This document shows positions 1 to 13,913 of a stretch of DNA of 64,000 nucleotides, piece by piece (position 1 is the first letter of the stretch; each line of letters begins with the position of its first letter). This DNA comes from Octopus vulgaris (taxonomy: Eukaryota): positions 33,666,001 through 33,730,000 of the forward strand of contig OX597842.1 of assembly GCA_951406725.2 (NCBI GenBank), in the 5' to 3' direction. The notes under the pieces are model-generated. The model searched no databases and was not told where the DNA came from. It saw only the letters and a program-made list of their open reading frames with translations. Both the position numbers and the translations under genes were made by a program.

Positions 1-46
1 CATACAACACTGCAATAAACTCACAAGAAGGTATACGTATATCTGG

Positions 47-128
<82 letters not shown>

Positions 129-245
129 CAAATGATGACGGCAATGGAGCCGAAGCTTCAAAGCCACTGACAAATATTTCCTTATAAAGAAATTTGTACC
201 CAAGAAAAAAAAAATTCACTGATCCTTTTATTTTACATTCAGGTT

Positions 246-282
<37 letters not shown>

Positions 283-669
283 ACTGCGCGTGTACGTGTA
301 CAGATGAATATATGTGTGTGTTTGCATATATATATATGTATGTATATATATATATATTTGTGAGCAGAGATGTTTCATTTTATACACATGTTTGTGTATG
401 TGAATTCAATCATTGCTATGTCTGTATGTATATATATATATATACATATATATATATGGAGAGTGTGTGAGTGTGTGTATATAGATATCTGTATTTATGT
501 ATATATGAATAAGAGTGTGCGTTAGTGTGTGTGTATGCGTATAGGAACACATGCAGAGACATGTTTATATACACGTATATTTGGGTTCATAGATATCGAT
601 GTATAGCTGTTTACAAACATACATACATATAAATATATATGTAGCTATATATGTGTATATATATGTATA

Positions 670-702
<33 letters not shown>

Positions 703-729
703 GTATGTATATATATATATCTATATATA

Positions 730-862
<133 letters not shown>

Positions 863-1109
863 ATATATATATATATATGTATATATATATCTATATATAT
901 GTAAATATATATATGTATATATATCTATATATATGTATATATATATATATATATAATATATATGTATATACATATATATATGTGTATATATATATATATG
1001 TACACGCATACACACATATATATACAGGTGTGTTTGCATGTCGAACTGCATATGTATTTGTGTATATCTATATATATATATGTGGGTGTGTTTTTGAGTG
1101 TGTCTGTGC

Positions 1110-1167
<58 letters not shown>

Positions 1168-1373
1168 GTATGTATAAATATATATATATATGTATGTGTG
1201 TATGAGTTGAAAGACGAAAGGAAGGGCACTCAACACATTTATTGTAAGCTATATTATTGGAAAGAGTTGGACTCAGATTTAACGGACCCTGTCCCCAGGG
1301 GCCTGAAGGACATAGGCTCCATCAGAGGTCTGCGAACCTTAAAGTTGCACGGAATCCGAACGAAACTGATTTT

Positions 1374-1715
1374 GTGGCTGTGTGGTAAGAAGGTTGCTTC
1401 CCAACCACATGGTTCCGGCTTCAGTCCCTCTACGTGGCATCATGGGCAAGCGTCATCTATTTTAGCATCGGACCGACTAGAGTTTTGTGAGTGGATTTAA
1501 GTAGCTGGAAAGTGCAAGAAGCCCATCGTATGTATGTATGTATGTATGTATGTATGTATGTATGTATTTGTGTGTCTGTGTTTCTCCCCTACAACCCCAC
1601 CATCGTCTGGCAACCGATGTTGGTGTGTTTGCATTCCCGTAACTTAGCGGTTCCGCAAATGAACCCGATAGTTTGGGTACGAAGCTTACAAATAACATGT
1701 CCTGGAGTCGATTTG
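1374..1715 (+). mobile_element. SINE-A (tRNA-derived SINE), diverged copy
   Basis: Head GTGGCTGTGTGGTAAG...GGTTCCGGCTTCAGTCCC (A/B-box-like), internal (TATG)n, and 3' part CAACCGATGTTGGTGTGTTT...AACTTAGCGGTTC matching the other copies in the window. Confidence 0.8.
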
Positions 1716-2349
1716 GAACGAACAATCAACGACAGAGTGGACGTACAGAGTAGACAATCGACGGAGACAGACATTAAGGGCCATTAGGCCAAGACTCATT
1801 TTTAAGGCTAAGGCCTGAGACAAATTCTGAAAGGACATAGAATAAATAGATGAGAAGAAAATAGAAAGAAAAGAGAAAACGATAGAATAAATGTCGGGAG
1901 ACGAGAAAAATGACGTCCTGCAAAGTGGACCGCGCGTCCAGAAAAGACAGAGATGTGAGAAATGGTCTGTAGTCATGTGGAAGCAAACAGCTAGAGGAGA
2001 AGGGGGACGAGAGAGAGGATGGGGGAAAGAAACTAAGGGAATGAGGAGAAGAGAGAATGGAAGAAAGACGACAGGGAATAGCGAAGAAGGAGGGGGAGGA
2101 AACGGAAAATAAAGAGGATTGTAGAGGGATAGATAGAAAGAAAGTAAGAAAGGGAACAGAGAGTAGAGTCGCAGAAATTATAAATAAAAGTAAAATTTTA
2201 CAGTGGATAAGGATGCGAGGCGTTCGACTATAAATAAATGTAAAATACATCAAGTACAGGATATCACCAACGACTGAAATATATGTAAACATACGAGACG
2301 CACAAATATCTATAGAATATAAGCATATTCATATAAATGTTTAACATAC

Positions 2350-2385
<36 letters not shown>

Positions 2386-2569
2386 TCCATTGCATAACGT
2401 CTACCTCTGATGAGCGCAGGGTTATATAATCGGACTGTTACCTAACAGTCCGTTCAACCCCTACTGCGAAACCGATCGCTAACTTCTGACCAGAAAGCCA
2501 CGGCTTCCTCTGTTCACACACCCATGGCACAGTCTTCGGTGAAATCTCACTTGCTATTATATTCTATTT

Positions 2570-2800
2570 GTTCACCAGTTTCTGTCAACGGACTACCACC
2601 ATGCTGGAGCACCACCCTAAAGGGCCCAATCGATGAAATCGACACCAGTGCTTACTTGCAGGCTTTTACTTTCTTTTTTGTTTTTGTTAGTCATGTACTT
2701 GTCCTATCGAGGTTTTTTGCCAAACCCCTAATTACAGGAACGTAAACAAACCAACGCAAACTGTTAGGCAGTGGTGGGGCCAAACAAAGGATCACACACA
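2570..2800 (-). mobile_element. SINE-A 3' half, diverged
   Basis: CCATGCTGGAGCACCACC...AAATCGACACCAG...ACGTAAACAAACCAAC is the reverse complement of the SINE-A tail. Confidence 0.6.
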
Positions 2801-2873
2801 AATATATCTATATAGACATATGTATACATTTACCTATATACATATATATAGATAAACAGATAAATAGATAGAT

Positions 2874-2915
<42 letters not shown>

Positions 2916-3094
2916 TCGGCCAACAGGTACTGGGGCCTCATGATACGCCATAAAGCTAAACCCTTTATGGACGGGAATCTCAAGGTAACCCCATAAACAG
3001 GCCTTCCCCATTAAATATATATATATATTTATATATATACATATACACACAGACCTACACGTACATATATCCATGCATACTTATGCATATACGT

Positions 3095-3125
<31 letters not shown>

Positions 3126-3647
3126 CACACATATATATTAAGTCCATTAGGATTTTGAAGTTGGTGTTTCCCTAATGAAGCGTGACCACGAATAGCGGCC
3201 ATCAAATACTATTAACCAACTCAAATAGATCGTTTCGCCATATTTATTTTATATTTGAAAATCCATAAATATCCATAGAGTCTATTTGCACATTAACAAA
3301 ACAAACAGAGTGAGCAATTTGTTTTATGGTATAATTCTACAATTGTTTCATCGACGTTTTACCAGATTAATTCTGGAATGTTATATAATTTGCAAAATGA
3401 TATATCGAATCGGTATTACTTTAACAATACTTGAAAATATCGACTCCTCAGGTTTATGTGTAAATCAATTTGGTGCATAAATCTTTATTTCACAGAACAA
3501 ATATGTATATATTGAAGATGTTCGTATTATTGTGTAGGAGTATAAATAGTTAAAAGAAAGAAATGCTCAGAGAAAAATAAATATTAAATTAACCGGCCAA
3601 TGAATAAATATATAAAATAAAGGAAAACGTAAGTAAACACGCAAAGG

Positions 3648-3685
<38 letters not shown>

Positions 3686-3789
3686 AAATTTCGCAGATTT
3701 TACTAAATGAAGCGATTTAGAAAACCATGTGCGAGTATTTGATAAACTTGCGCGTTTATGTTTTAGCCCAAGTCTCATCTACTATATAC

Positions 3790-4229
3790 ATACATACATT
3801 ATGGCTGCCCCCTCGTTATCGAGTATGGCCATTGCACGAAACTTAACTGTTATTGATGCTGTGATCGGATGTGACTTTTTAGCCCAGCCAAAGATCTACA
3901 ATGTCTTGTACAAAATTGGCAACTAAAACCTTTACTGGTAATGGCCGGCTGTAGTTGTAACTGGGCTTCATGTACCTTTGCAAGTCGTTTAAGTCCTCCT
4001 GCCGAATTACACTCTCTTCCACATGCCTGGCAGATATGATTAGTATGGTGTGTTACACCACCACCAGTGGCCAGGTTGTCGCTCATCTGTCTCGTTTTAT
4101 GACTACGAAGATGACTCTTGTGTCCAGCTTTACTGAGGCAGGGTCTTGCACAGACATTGGATTTCAGAATCAAAGGAAGACCCTTCCCTTCTGGAAGTGT
4201 AACGTAACATACATACATACATACATACA

Positions 4230-4263
<34 letters not shown>

Positions 4264-4265
4264 CA

Positions 4266-4298
<33 letters not shown>

Positions 4299-4549
4299 TA
4301 TGGCTGCCCCCTCGTTATCGAGTATGGCCATTGCACGAAGCTTAACTGTTATTGGTGCTGTGATCGAATGTTACTTTTTAGCCCAGCCAAAGATCTACAA
4401 TGTCTTGTACAGAATTGGCAGCTAAAACCTTTACCGGCCAACAGCCGGCCGTAGTTGGAACTGGGCTTCATGTACCTTTGCATGTCGTTCAAGTATCTCC
4501 TGTCCAATTACACTCCCTTCCACATGCTCGAAACATAGGATTAGTATGG

Positions 4550-4611
<62 letters not shown>

Positions 4612-4790
4612 TATATACATACATATATATATACATATACACAAACATATACATACATACATACATACATGATAGCTTCCCCCTCGTTATCGAGTATGGC
4701 CATTGCACGAAGCTTAACTGTTACTGGTGCTGTGATCGAATGTGACTTTTTAGATCTACAATGTCTTGTACAGAACTGGCAACTAAAACC
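3790..4790 (-). mobile_element. Three tandem 3'-end fragments of an RTE-like LINE with C-terminal C2H2-type zinc fingers
   Basis: ORF 3850..4290 encodes CQACGRECNSAGGLKRLAKVH and CQFCTRHCRSLAGLKSHIRSQH*. The 3'UTR block CCCTCGTTATCGAGTATGGCCATTGCACGAA recurs at ~3810, ~4308 and ~4681, each next to a (CATA)n tail. Confidence 0.7.
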
Positions 4791-5031
4791 AATAGGGATC
4801 GTGAATCACAGTGTCATGATGTAAGGTGTAAGGGGGAAGCAGATAAGGTTTATCCGTAGGAAGAAAAGCCTACGGAAAAGACCACGGTAACCTCGGTCAA
4901 TATTGCTACATGTTACCACATTTGTTTGCAAGTAGGGTTCCTAGGATCATGCTCAAGATGGCTTCGTCATTCATACGTGCCATCCTTGCTACATTCACCC
5001 ATCTTTTTTTAAAACATTCGCTAGACAAAAC
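4790..5031 (-). mobile_element. LINE 3' fragment (ORF C-terminus plus start of 3'UTR), possibly L1/Tx1-like
   Basis: Peptide VLSSECFKKRWVNVARMARMNDEAILSM; segment 4790-4901 is repeated at 5792-5903; clade assignment is tentative. Confidence 0.5.
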
Positions 5032-5064
<33 letters not shown>

Positions 5065-5097
5065 GGATAGATGGATGGATGGATGGATGGATGGATG

Positions 5098-5174
<77 letters not shown>

Positions 5175-5580
5175 TTTGCAGAAGCGTTAGCACGCCGGGC
5201 GAAATGCTTAGCAGTATTTCGTCTGCCGCGACGTTCTGAGTTCAAATTCCGCCGAGGTCAACTTTGCCTTTCATCCTTTCGGAGTCGATAAATTAAGTAC
5301 CAGTTACGCACTGGGGTCGATATAATCGACTTAATCCCTTTGTCTGTCCTTATTTGTCCCCTCTATGTTTAACCCCTTGTGGATAGTAAAGAAATATGCA
5401 TTTCGTCTGCCGTTACGTTCTGAGTTCAAAATACGCCGAGGACAACTTTGCCTTTCATCCTTTCGGGATCGATTAATTAAGTACCAGTTACGCACTGGGG
5501 TCGATATAATCGACTTAATCCCTTTGTCTGTCCTTGTTTGTCCCTTCTATGTTTAAACCTTTGTGGGCAATAAAGAAATA
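5175..5580 (+). mobile_element. SINE-B (tRNA-like head plus Meta-domain-like core), internally duplicated
   Basis: GCAGAAGCGTTAGCACGCCGGGCG...GAGTTCAAATTCC B-box; core GCCTTTCATCCTTTCGGAGTCGATAAATTAAGTACCAG; ~180-bp body present twice. Confidence 0.8.
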
Positions 5581-5585
5581 AGATA

Positions 5586-5915
5586 TGTTTCTTTATTAGC
5601 CACACAGGGCTGCACACAGACAGAACAAATTACAAGGTAGAGCTTTTCTTTTGGGGGTAAAACAAAAGGGGGTTGGTTTTCGATCAAAAGGGATCGTAAA
5701 AGGAAGGAAAGAGGACAAAAAAAAGGGAGGATTTAAAAAAAAGGGGGGAGAGAGGAAAAAAAGAGAAAAGGGGAGAGGAAAAAAAGTTGATCAATAGGGA
5801 TCGTAATCACAGAAATGTCAATATGAAGTGTAAAGGGGAGGACAGGTGAGGTTTACCCGTGGAAAGAAAAGCCTACGGAACAGACCACGGTAACCTCGGT
5901 CAATGAAGTCACATG
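5586..5915 (-). mobile_element. 3'UTR of the same LINE as 4790-5031
   Basis: Shares the ~110-bp block with 4790-4901; the minus strand ends ...GCAGCCCTGTGTGGCTAATAAAGAAAC. Confidence 0.55.
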
Positions 5916-5927
5916 TTATAAAGAAAT

Positions 5928-5972
<45 letters not shown>

Positions 5973-6830
5973 GGATAGACAGACAGACACACAGACAGGC
6001 AGACAGACAGACAGATAGGCAGGCAGGCAGGCAGACAGGCAGACATACAGACAAACAGACAGACAAACAGACAGACAAAGAGATAGATAACGGCAAACAG
6101 AAAGACTAAGAGATCAGAAAAAGAAATGAAAAATCAGGGAGCAACTTTTCTACAGCCGCCATATTCTACCTTCACACCAAAACTCCTTCACTCTCTCTTC
6201 CATCCTCTCTCTCTCTCTCTCTCTGTCTCTCTCTTTCTCTCTTTCTCTCTCTCTCTCTTTCTCCGATCCTTGCAGAGAATTCCTTACATCACCCCACACC
6301 GTCCCCGTAGAATTTCGTTTCCCAATCCTTTCTCTCCAATATTGACCTTTGCCCTTCAAAACACCCTCCATACACAAGCACCCATACACACACACACACA
6401 CACACATACGTCCGTACCGACCTACCCAGCATCTCCATCCAAAACAACACCCACACTCGGGTCCCCTACGCACTCATACTCAACCGCACATCACCAACAG
6501 CAACCACCCCGGCACCACCCTCGCTGCCACCCCAAAACAAACATTCTTTAATTCACCCACCCCTCCTCATCCTTCCTCTCTCTCGCGCATTCTGCGCGTG
6601 TGTATGTGTGTGTGTGTGTGTGCGTCTTACTACGCCAGTGACCCCTGGTGCCGCCACACTGTAGCTAAGCAGTGAGAGTTTAGTCACGTGAAATAAGCTG
6701 ACTTCAAACGGGAGAGCGGATGTACGGAAATTAGTTGAAAAACATATTTCGGCACCCTGACGCATGCGCAGACATGTACATGTATATAATTGTTTCTTTG
6801 TGTGTGTGTCCATGTATATATGTGTGTGTG

Positions 6831-6934
<104 letters not shown>

Positions 6935-7017
6935 CACACACACATTTATATATACATATATATGGGTTTATATATTCATATATAGATTTAAATTGCATAA
7001 AAGGAATGTCTGTTTAA

Positions 7018-7048
<31 letters not shown>

Positions 7049-7222
7049 CAGTTGTAGGCAGGTACCTGGGTAGGTACATTTATCGTTCGATTCTATGCCT
7101 CCCTCACGCATACATATATATATTGTTATATATACATATATGTATATATATATATGCTTATATATACATACCTATACATATATACATATGCATGTATATA
7201 TTTTGTATGTATGCATGTATAT

Positions 7223-7288
<66 letters not shown>

Positions 7289-7407
7289 AAGTATATATAT
7301 GAATATGGCGGGCTTCTTTCAGTTTCCGTCTACCAAATCCACTCACAAGTATATATATATATATATATCGACAAAATTTAAAAATGTAAAGTATAGAAAT
7401 ATACTTA

Positions 7408-7570
7408 GGCGTAGGATTGGCTGTGCGGTAAGTAGCTTGCTTACGGACCACATGGTTCTGGGTTCAGTCCCACTGCATGACACCTTGGGCAAGTGTCTTC
7501 TGCTATGGCCTTGGGCCGATCAAAGCCTTGTGAGAGGATTTGATAGACGGAAATTGAAAGAAGCTTGTTC

Positions 7571-7607
<37 letters not shown>

Positions 7608-7832
7608 GTATGTGTGTATATATGCTTGTGTGGCTGTGTTTGTCCCCCCCCCCTACATCACTTGACAACCGATGCTGGAGTGCTTATGTCCCCGTAACTT
7701 AGCGGTTCGGCAAAAGAGATCGATAGAATAAGTACTAGGCTTACAAAAGAATAAGTCCTGGGGTCGATTTGCTCGACTAAAAGACAGTGCTCCAGCATGG
7801 TCACAGTCAAATGACTGAAAAGAGTAAAAGAG
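7408..7832 (+). mobile_element. SINE-A full length
   Basis: tRNA-like head, ACCTTGGGCAAGTG core, internal (TA)n, tail GTGCTCCAGCATGGTCACAGTCAAATGACTGAAAAGAGTAAAAGAG. Confidence 0.9.
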
Positions 7833-8270
7833 TTATATATAATAGGCTATTAATAAGCCCCTGGTTCGCTAAATATAGCAGTCAAAAAACTACGAAACCA
7901 CAGAAGGATCACTAAACTTATACAAGCATGATGGGTAAAATTAAGGGAACAAGAATTTTCTTAGGTCCTTAAATTAAGCATAAGGAATGTCATTTGATAT
8001 CATGATTTTTAACTTAGCGCCAAAGGCCCTAGATTCTCTTCGTCCAGACCTTACACGTTCAAGAAAATTGTATATACATGCACATACATGTATACAAATA
8101 CTCATATATACGTCCAGACATGCACATATACACACACAAATACCCTGACAAATGTACACAGACACACGTTTATACATGCACGTAACACTCATACACACAT
8201 CCGTAAAGAAGCACAGATATATATACGTTCATATATATATATATATATATACACTCAAACAGGCATAAAT

Positions 8271-8305
<35 letters not shown>

Positions 8306-8352
8306 CACAGTGATGCATACATCATACGCATATATATATATATATATATATG

Positions 8353-8398
<46 letters not shown>

Positions 8399-8401
8399 GA
8401 A

Positions 8402-8733
8402 GGCGCATGGCTCAGTGGTTAGAGCGTCGAGCTTACGATCGTGAGGTTGTGAGCTCGAATCCCGGACCGGGCTGCGTGTTGTGTTCTTGAGCAAGGCACT
8501 TTATTTCACGTTGCTCCAGTTCACTCAGCTGTAGAAATGAGTTGCGACGTCACTGGTTCCAAGCTGTATCGACCTTTGTCTTTCCCTTGGATAACACTGG
8601 TGGCGTGGAGAGGGGAGGCCGGTATGCATGGGCGACTGCTGGCCTTCCATAAACAACCTTGCCTAGACTTGTGTCTAGGAGGATAACTTTCTAGGTGCAA
8701 TCCCATGGTCATTCATGACCGAAGGGGGTCTTT
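8402..8733 (+). mobile_element. SINE-C (tRNA-derived) full length
   Basis: GGCGCATGGCTCAGTGGTTAGAGCG (A box)...GAGCTCGAATCCC (B box), then TTGTGTTCTTGAGCAAGGCACTT; near-identical copies at 33431 (+) and 51350 (-). Confidence 0.9.
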
Positions 8734-8827
8734 ATATATATACATACATACAAACGCATACATCCGTAAAGAAAGACACATATATACGTTCACATATACA
8801 CAAACATACAGATATAAATATACATGC

Positions 8828-8884
<57 letters not shown>

Positions 8885-9684
8885 TATATACGCATATATT
8901 TAAACACACATATATACATACATATATATATATAAATACATACATATATACAAACATCTACATATATACACATATACATACACACACACACACACATATA
9001 TATACACACATATTTACGCACACATATACATAAACATACACACATACATATACACACCCATAAACATACAAAAACCAACAAGACCAACAGCCTTGACCGT
9101 CTTAAAATTATTAATCGTAATTCACAAATCATCTCGACGAAACATCACTATTAATTATTACCATAGATATGTTTGTGTGCAAAAGGGAGAGGAGAGGGGA
9201 TGCAGAGAGAGGGATGCGGAGAGTGGGAGAGAGATCGACAGAGAGACAGAGAGAGTGACAGACAGAGTGACAGAGAGTGTTGTTTGTTCATATTATGACT
9301 CGTCAATTACCGTTCCCACAAGACAAACTTTCTATCTTAAGCACACACCAACACAAACACACACACGTAAGCTAAAGCAGATATCGATATATTACGATTA
9401 AAAATTTATCAAATGATTATATTGATCAGCGTGTATTCTCTGTGTTATTTTAAAATAATAATAACAATAATGATGATGATGATGATGATTTTTGTTATTG
9501 GCCACAAAGGCCCAAAACATGGGGCACAATATTGAATGACGATTTATGGCACAAAATAAAAAATTACAATAACATGTGGGACTAACACCAATCGAGGGTA
9601 GACACTACCACATGAAAGGATGATAATAATAATAATAATAATGATAATAATAATAATAATAACTAATAATAATAATAATAATAA

Positions 9685-10605
9685 TATATTCACAGACACG
9701 ACAGAGTTGGGACCTACATGCACAGGAAGCTATGCCAACACTATGGAATAATAAAAGAAAGATGGTATAGGTACATGCTAGAAATGGTTGCAGAAAACGA
9801 GAAAGCAACCGTACTATGGGATATGCCGATACACACAGATAGAGAAATTAAGGCCAACAGACCAGATATAGTTGTCAGAGATCATGAAGAAAAGAAATGC
9901 TTTCTAATTGATGTATCAATACCGGCAGATGACAACGTGTCTCTAAAAGAAATGGAGAAACTCTCAAAATACAAAGACCTGGAAATAGAGGTAACTAGAA
10001 TGTGGAATCTAAAAACAGAAAAAAATCCTATCATAGTAGGTGCAATAGGTATGATAAAATATATTCAGACAAATACATAACAAAAACACCAGGACTTACA
10101 AACACATACAACATACAGAAAATTGCACTACTAGGCACTGCACACATACTATGCAAAACACTTTCTGCTCAATACCACAGATTTGCTTGTCAGTTGTTTG
10201 ACCTTAACCAGTTGAGCATGTCCCTTGGTGGTTGACGATATGTGCATCTCTGATCACGAGCAAAAGTAGTGAGGGAGCATCATAGCCATGTGTTGAGAGG
10301 AATTTTTTAGAGTGTGAATAATTCACCTCTGGAAACATGGGTGTTTTGTTCAACATCCTTAAACAACCCTTATTCAGGGACCTTTTGAGCGGGATGGGTT
10401 ACTCGACCAGAAGAAAATTCTAACTGGGCCCCACCTGCAAGGTCATGTGCTGTTTATCTTGATATGAGATCACCATGTCGCGCACATATGGTTGTGATGC
10501 ATGTGCCTGGTGTACCCTTATCAGACGGGTAGTCATGATGGGTATATTGGGCTTCGTATATTTTACCCCAGTGTCACTTTGATGGCATGAACTGCTCTCT
10601 CACTC
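9685..10605 (+). mobile_element. 5'-truncated RLE-type non-LTR retrotransposon (R4/Dong-like): endonuclease domain plus 3'UTR, inside (TAA)n
   Basis: Translation YIHRHDRVGTYMHRKLC...LWDMPIHTDREIKANRPDIVV...LIDVSIP...KEMEKLSKYKDLEIEVTRMW shows RHD and PD-(D/E)xK restriction-like endonuclease motifs; frameshifted C-terminus IQKIALLGTAHIL; (TAA)n on both sides. Confidence 0.85.
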
Positions 10606-10658
<53 letters not shown>

Positions 10659-10856
10659 TAACCCTTCTCCAACAGGCAAAATGCCCGAAACTGTGATGGC
10701 GTGGCAAGTCGATTATGTATTTATGTATATTGCATATACGTTTAAATATTGATGTAGCATCTCCTCTATAAATAATAAGATTACGAAACAGCTGTAAACA
10801 AATGGGATAAACATCTCTCACATCGCTTATCAGTAATAAACACACGCACTCACACA

Positions 10857-12419
10857 TGCATACATATATATGCATTCACTCGTACTCAGCTATACATACA
10901 CACACACACACACATACATATATATGCATTCACTCGTACTCAGCTATACACACGCACTCACACATGCATACATATATATGTATTCACTCGTACTCAGCTA
11001 TACATACACACACACACTCATACATATATATGTATTCACTCGTACTCAGCTATACACACACACACACATACATATATGTGTATTCACTCGTACTCAGCTA
11101 TACATACACACACACACACACATACATATATATGTATTCACTCGTTCTCAGCTATACACACACACACACATACATATATGTGTATTCATTCGTACTCAGC
11201 TATACATACACACACACACATACATATATATGTATTCACTCGTACTCAGCTATACATACACACACACACACATGCATATATATGTATTCACTCGTACTCA
11301 GCTATACATACACACACATACATATATATGTATTCACTCGTACTCAGCTATACATACACACACACAAACACACATACATATATATGTATTCACTCGTACT
11401 CAGCTATACATACACACACACACATACATATATATGTATTCACTCGTACTCAGCTATACACACACACACACACATACATATATATGTATTCACTCGTACT
11501 CAGCTATACACACACACACACATACATATATGTGTATTCACTCGTACTCAGCTATACATACACACACACACACATACATATATGTGTATTCACTCGTACT
11601 CAGCTATACACACACACATACATATATATGTATTCACTCGTACTCAGCTATACATACACACACACACACACACACATACATATATATGTATTCACTCGTA
11701 CTCAGCTATACATACACACACACACATACATATATATGTATTCACTCGTACTCAGCTATACACACACACACACACATACATATATATGTATTCACTCGTA
11801 CTCAGCTATACATACACACACACACACACACATACATATATATGTATTCACTCGTACTCAGCTATACATACACACACACACATACATATATATGTATTCA
11901 CTCGTACTCAGCTATACACACACACACACACATACATATATATGTATTCACTCGTACTCAGCTATACACACGCACTCACACACACATACATATATATGTA
12001 TTCACTCGTACTCAGCTATACATACACACACACACACATACATATATATGTATTCACTCGTACTCAGCTATACATACACACACACACACACACATACATA
12101 TATATGTATTCACTCGTACTCAGCTATACATATACACACACACACACACATACATATATATGTATTCACTCGTACTCAGCTATACATACACACGCACTCA
12201 CACACACATACACATATATATGTATTCACTCGTACTCAGCTATACATACACACACACACACACACATACATATATATGTATTCACTCGTACTCAGCTATA
12301 CATACACACACACACACACACATACATATATATGTATTCACTCGTACTCAGCTATACATACACACACACACACACACACACATACATATATATGTATTCA
12401 CTCGTACTCAGTTATACAT

Positions 12420-12430
<11 letters not shown>
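10857..12430. repeat. Minisatellite, ~30 units of ~44-60 bp
   Basis: Constant core TATGTATTCACTCGTACTCAGCTATACA separated by variable-length (CA)n. Confidence 0.95.
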
Positions 12431-12454
<24 letters not shown>

Positions 12455-12725
12455 CATACATGCTTTATATATATGCACAATACATATATACAAAGATACA
12501 TACACACGTACGAATATAAATATGTTATATATATATATATATATATATATACACGCACACAGACAAATATACATGTAGACATGCATACATACACCTGTGA
12601 TTGTGTGTATTTATGTTACCAACTACAGCCCATGATGACATGCAGAACATGTCAGCACAGGAGCCAACACTTACACACTATTGCACACACACACACACAG
12701 AAATTTATATAAAAGCACACACACG

Positions 12726-12771
<46 letters not shown>

Positions 12772-12918
12772 AACATTTATATACGCATATTTCATTTTGT
12801 GCGTGGCTGTGAATATATATATATATATATACATTTATAGATATATACGTATATGTATATACATATATCAACTATGTGTGTGTGTTTGTATCAGTATGAC
12901 TGTATGGTTATGCATGTA

Positions 12919-12959
<41 letters not shown>

Positions 12960-13102
12960 AACACATAAACACACACACATATATATATATATATATATCT
13001 TTTATATACGTCAATGTGTATACATTTATATATAGATGCATAATTATAAACACATACAAATATACATCTTTCATGTATATAATTGTGTGTGTATATACAT
13101 AC

Positions 13103-13134
<32 letters not shown>

Positions 13135-13630
13135 TGACACATTTCTATATATGTTTACATACATACAAGCACACACACACACACACAGAGACTTCATTGA
13201 ACAAAACTGACAACAATTCCAAGACACAATGAGACTACCATAAAATCTTAAAGGTTCCACAGCACAATGGGACCCTTGTTTCGTTCAGTGAAGTCAGGTC
13301 ATTCATCTCGAAGCCTTTCATCTCATGTCTCCGCCACCTTCGATTCGAACCCGCGCTTACGTCGTTACACAATGGATCGCCACTCATTCAACTTTCGCCG
13401 CCCTCGACTTTGCTTTTCATGGAAAAGTTACTTCGTCATTCACTGCAGATGTATGTCACATGAGTGAGCGTATAAATGTGTGTGTATGTATGTATGTATG
13501 TATGTATATACGTGTGTATTTGTGCATGTGTATACGTGTGCCGTTGTATATGTGTGTATGTGTGTGAAAGACAGAGAGAAAGACAGATTTAGAGAGATAG
13601 ATTGTTACATTGATGCGTAGATAGATAGGC

Positions 13631-13725
<95 letters not shown>

Positions 13726-13797
13726 TAGATAGATAGATCGATAGATAGACAGATAGATGTGCACACACACATAATGCTTATGTATATAAATACATTT

Positions 13798-13845
<48 letters not shown>

Positions 13846-13913
13846 CGTTTATGCATATAATTATATATGATTATATACACACACGCGTCTACGTATATAT
13901 ATATATATATATA

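Noticed and set aside
8402-8475. Functional tRNA genes (also 33431, 39430, 51620, 52340)
   Set aside because: The tRNA-like heads lack a proper acceptor stem and continue into repeated SINE bodies
10856-12712. Long ORFs of 500-618 aa in all three + frames
   Set aside because: They translate a stop-free minisatellite (H/T/Y/I repeats) and show no domain structure
13267-13467. Possible host exon or short ORF in unique sequence
   Set aside because: No recognisable homology and only weak splice-like signals
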